64,000 nucleotides of DNA from an uncultured Gemmatimonadota bacterium (GTDB lineage: Bacteria > SM23-81 > DAOVCL01): assembly GCA_964626665.1 (NCBI GenBank), contig CAZVGK010000012.1:20912-84911 (forward strand), written 5' to 3'. Numbering within the stretch: the stretch's first letter is position 1; each line of letters begins with the position of its first letter. Below are positions 63,983-64,000 of this stretch, in pieces. The notes beneath the pieces are model-generated. The model did not search any database. It saw only the letters and a list, made by a program, of their open reading frames with translations, and was not told the DNA's origin. The position numbers and the translations under genes are program-made.

Positions 63983-64000
63983 TGATTAAGAGGAAAACCC

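Overview
Chromosomal window from a Gram-negative bacterium. The kdsABCD/lptBC/rpoN/hpf/hprK block and secreted proteins ending in a QNYPNPFNPTT (T9SS-A/FlgD-like) tail suggest an FCB-superphylum-type lineage; this is inference only. Housekeeping genes (ligA, pyrG, gatC, rlmN, glyA, tdk, rtcB, radC) alternate with accessory modules: TetR-TolC-RND efflux, TonB receptor-TPR-LytS/LytTR, a nested IS pair, toxin-antitoxin-like pairs and remnants, three tandem secreted LTD/OB-fold proteins and a truncated type I HsdR. Intergenic spaces are crowded with several palindromic, REP-like and MITE-like repeat families. The strongest hidden signal is a lipoprotein gene that the ORF track splits at an in-frame TGA (34542-34544). 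Read through as selenocysteine, it gives a CxxU motif in a UshA-like fold that has lost its catalytic motifs. It lies between an ELCVC-type ArsR with its operator and a double-CxxC DsbD/CcdA-like membrane protein, making a candidate metalloid-responsive envelope selenol/thiol redox system. No tRNA, rRNA or CRISPR array was recognised.
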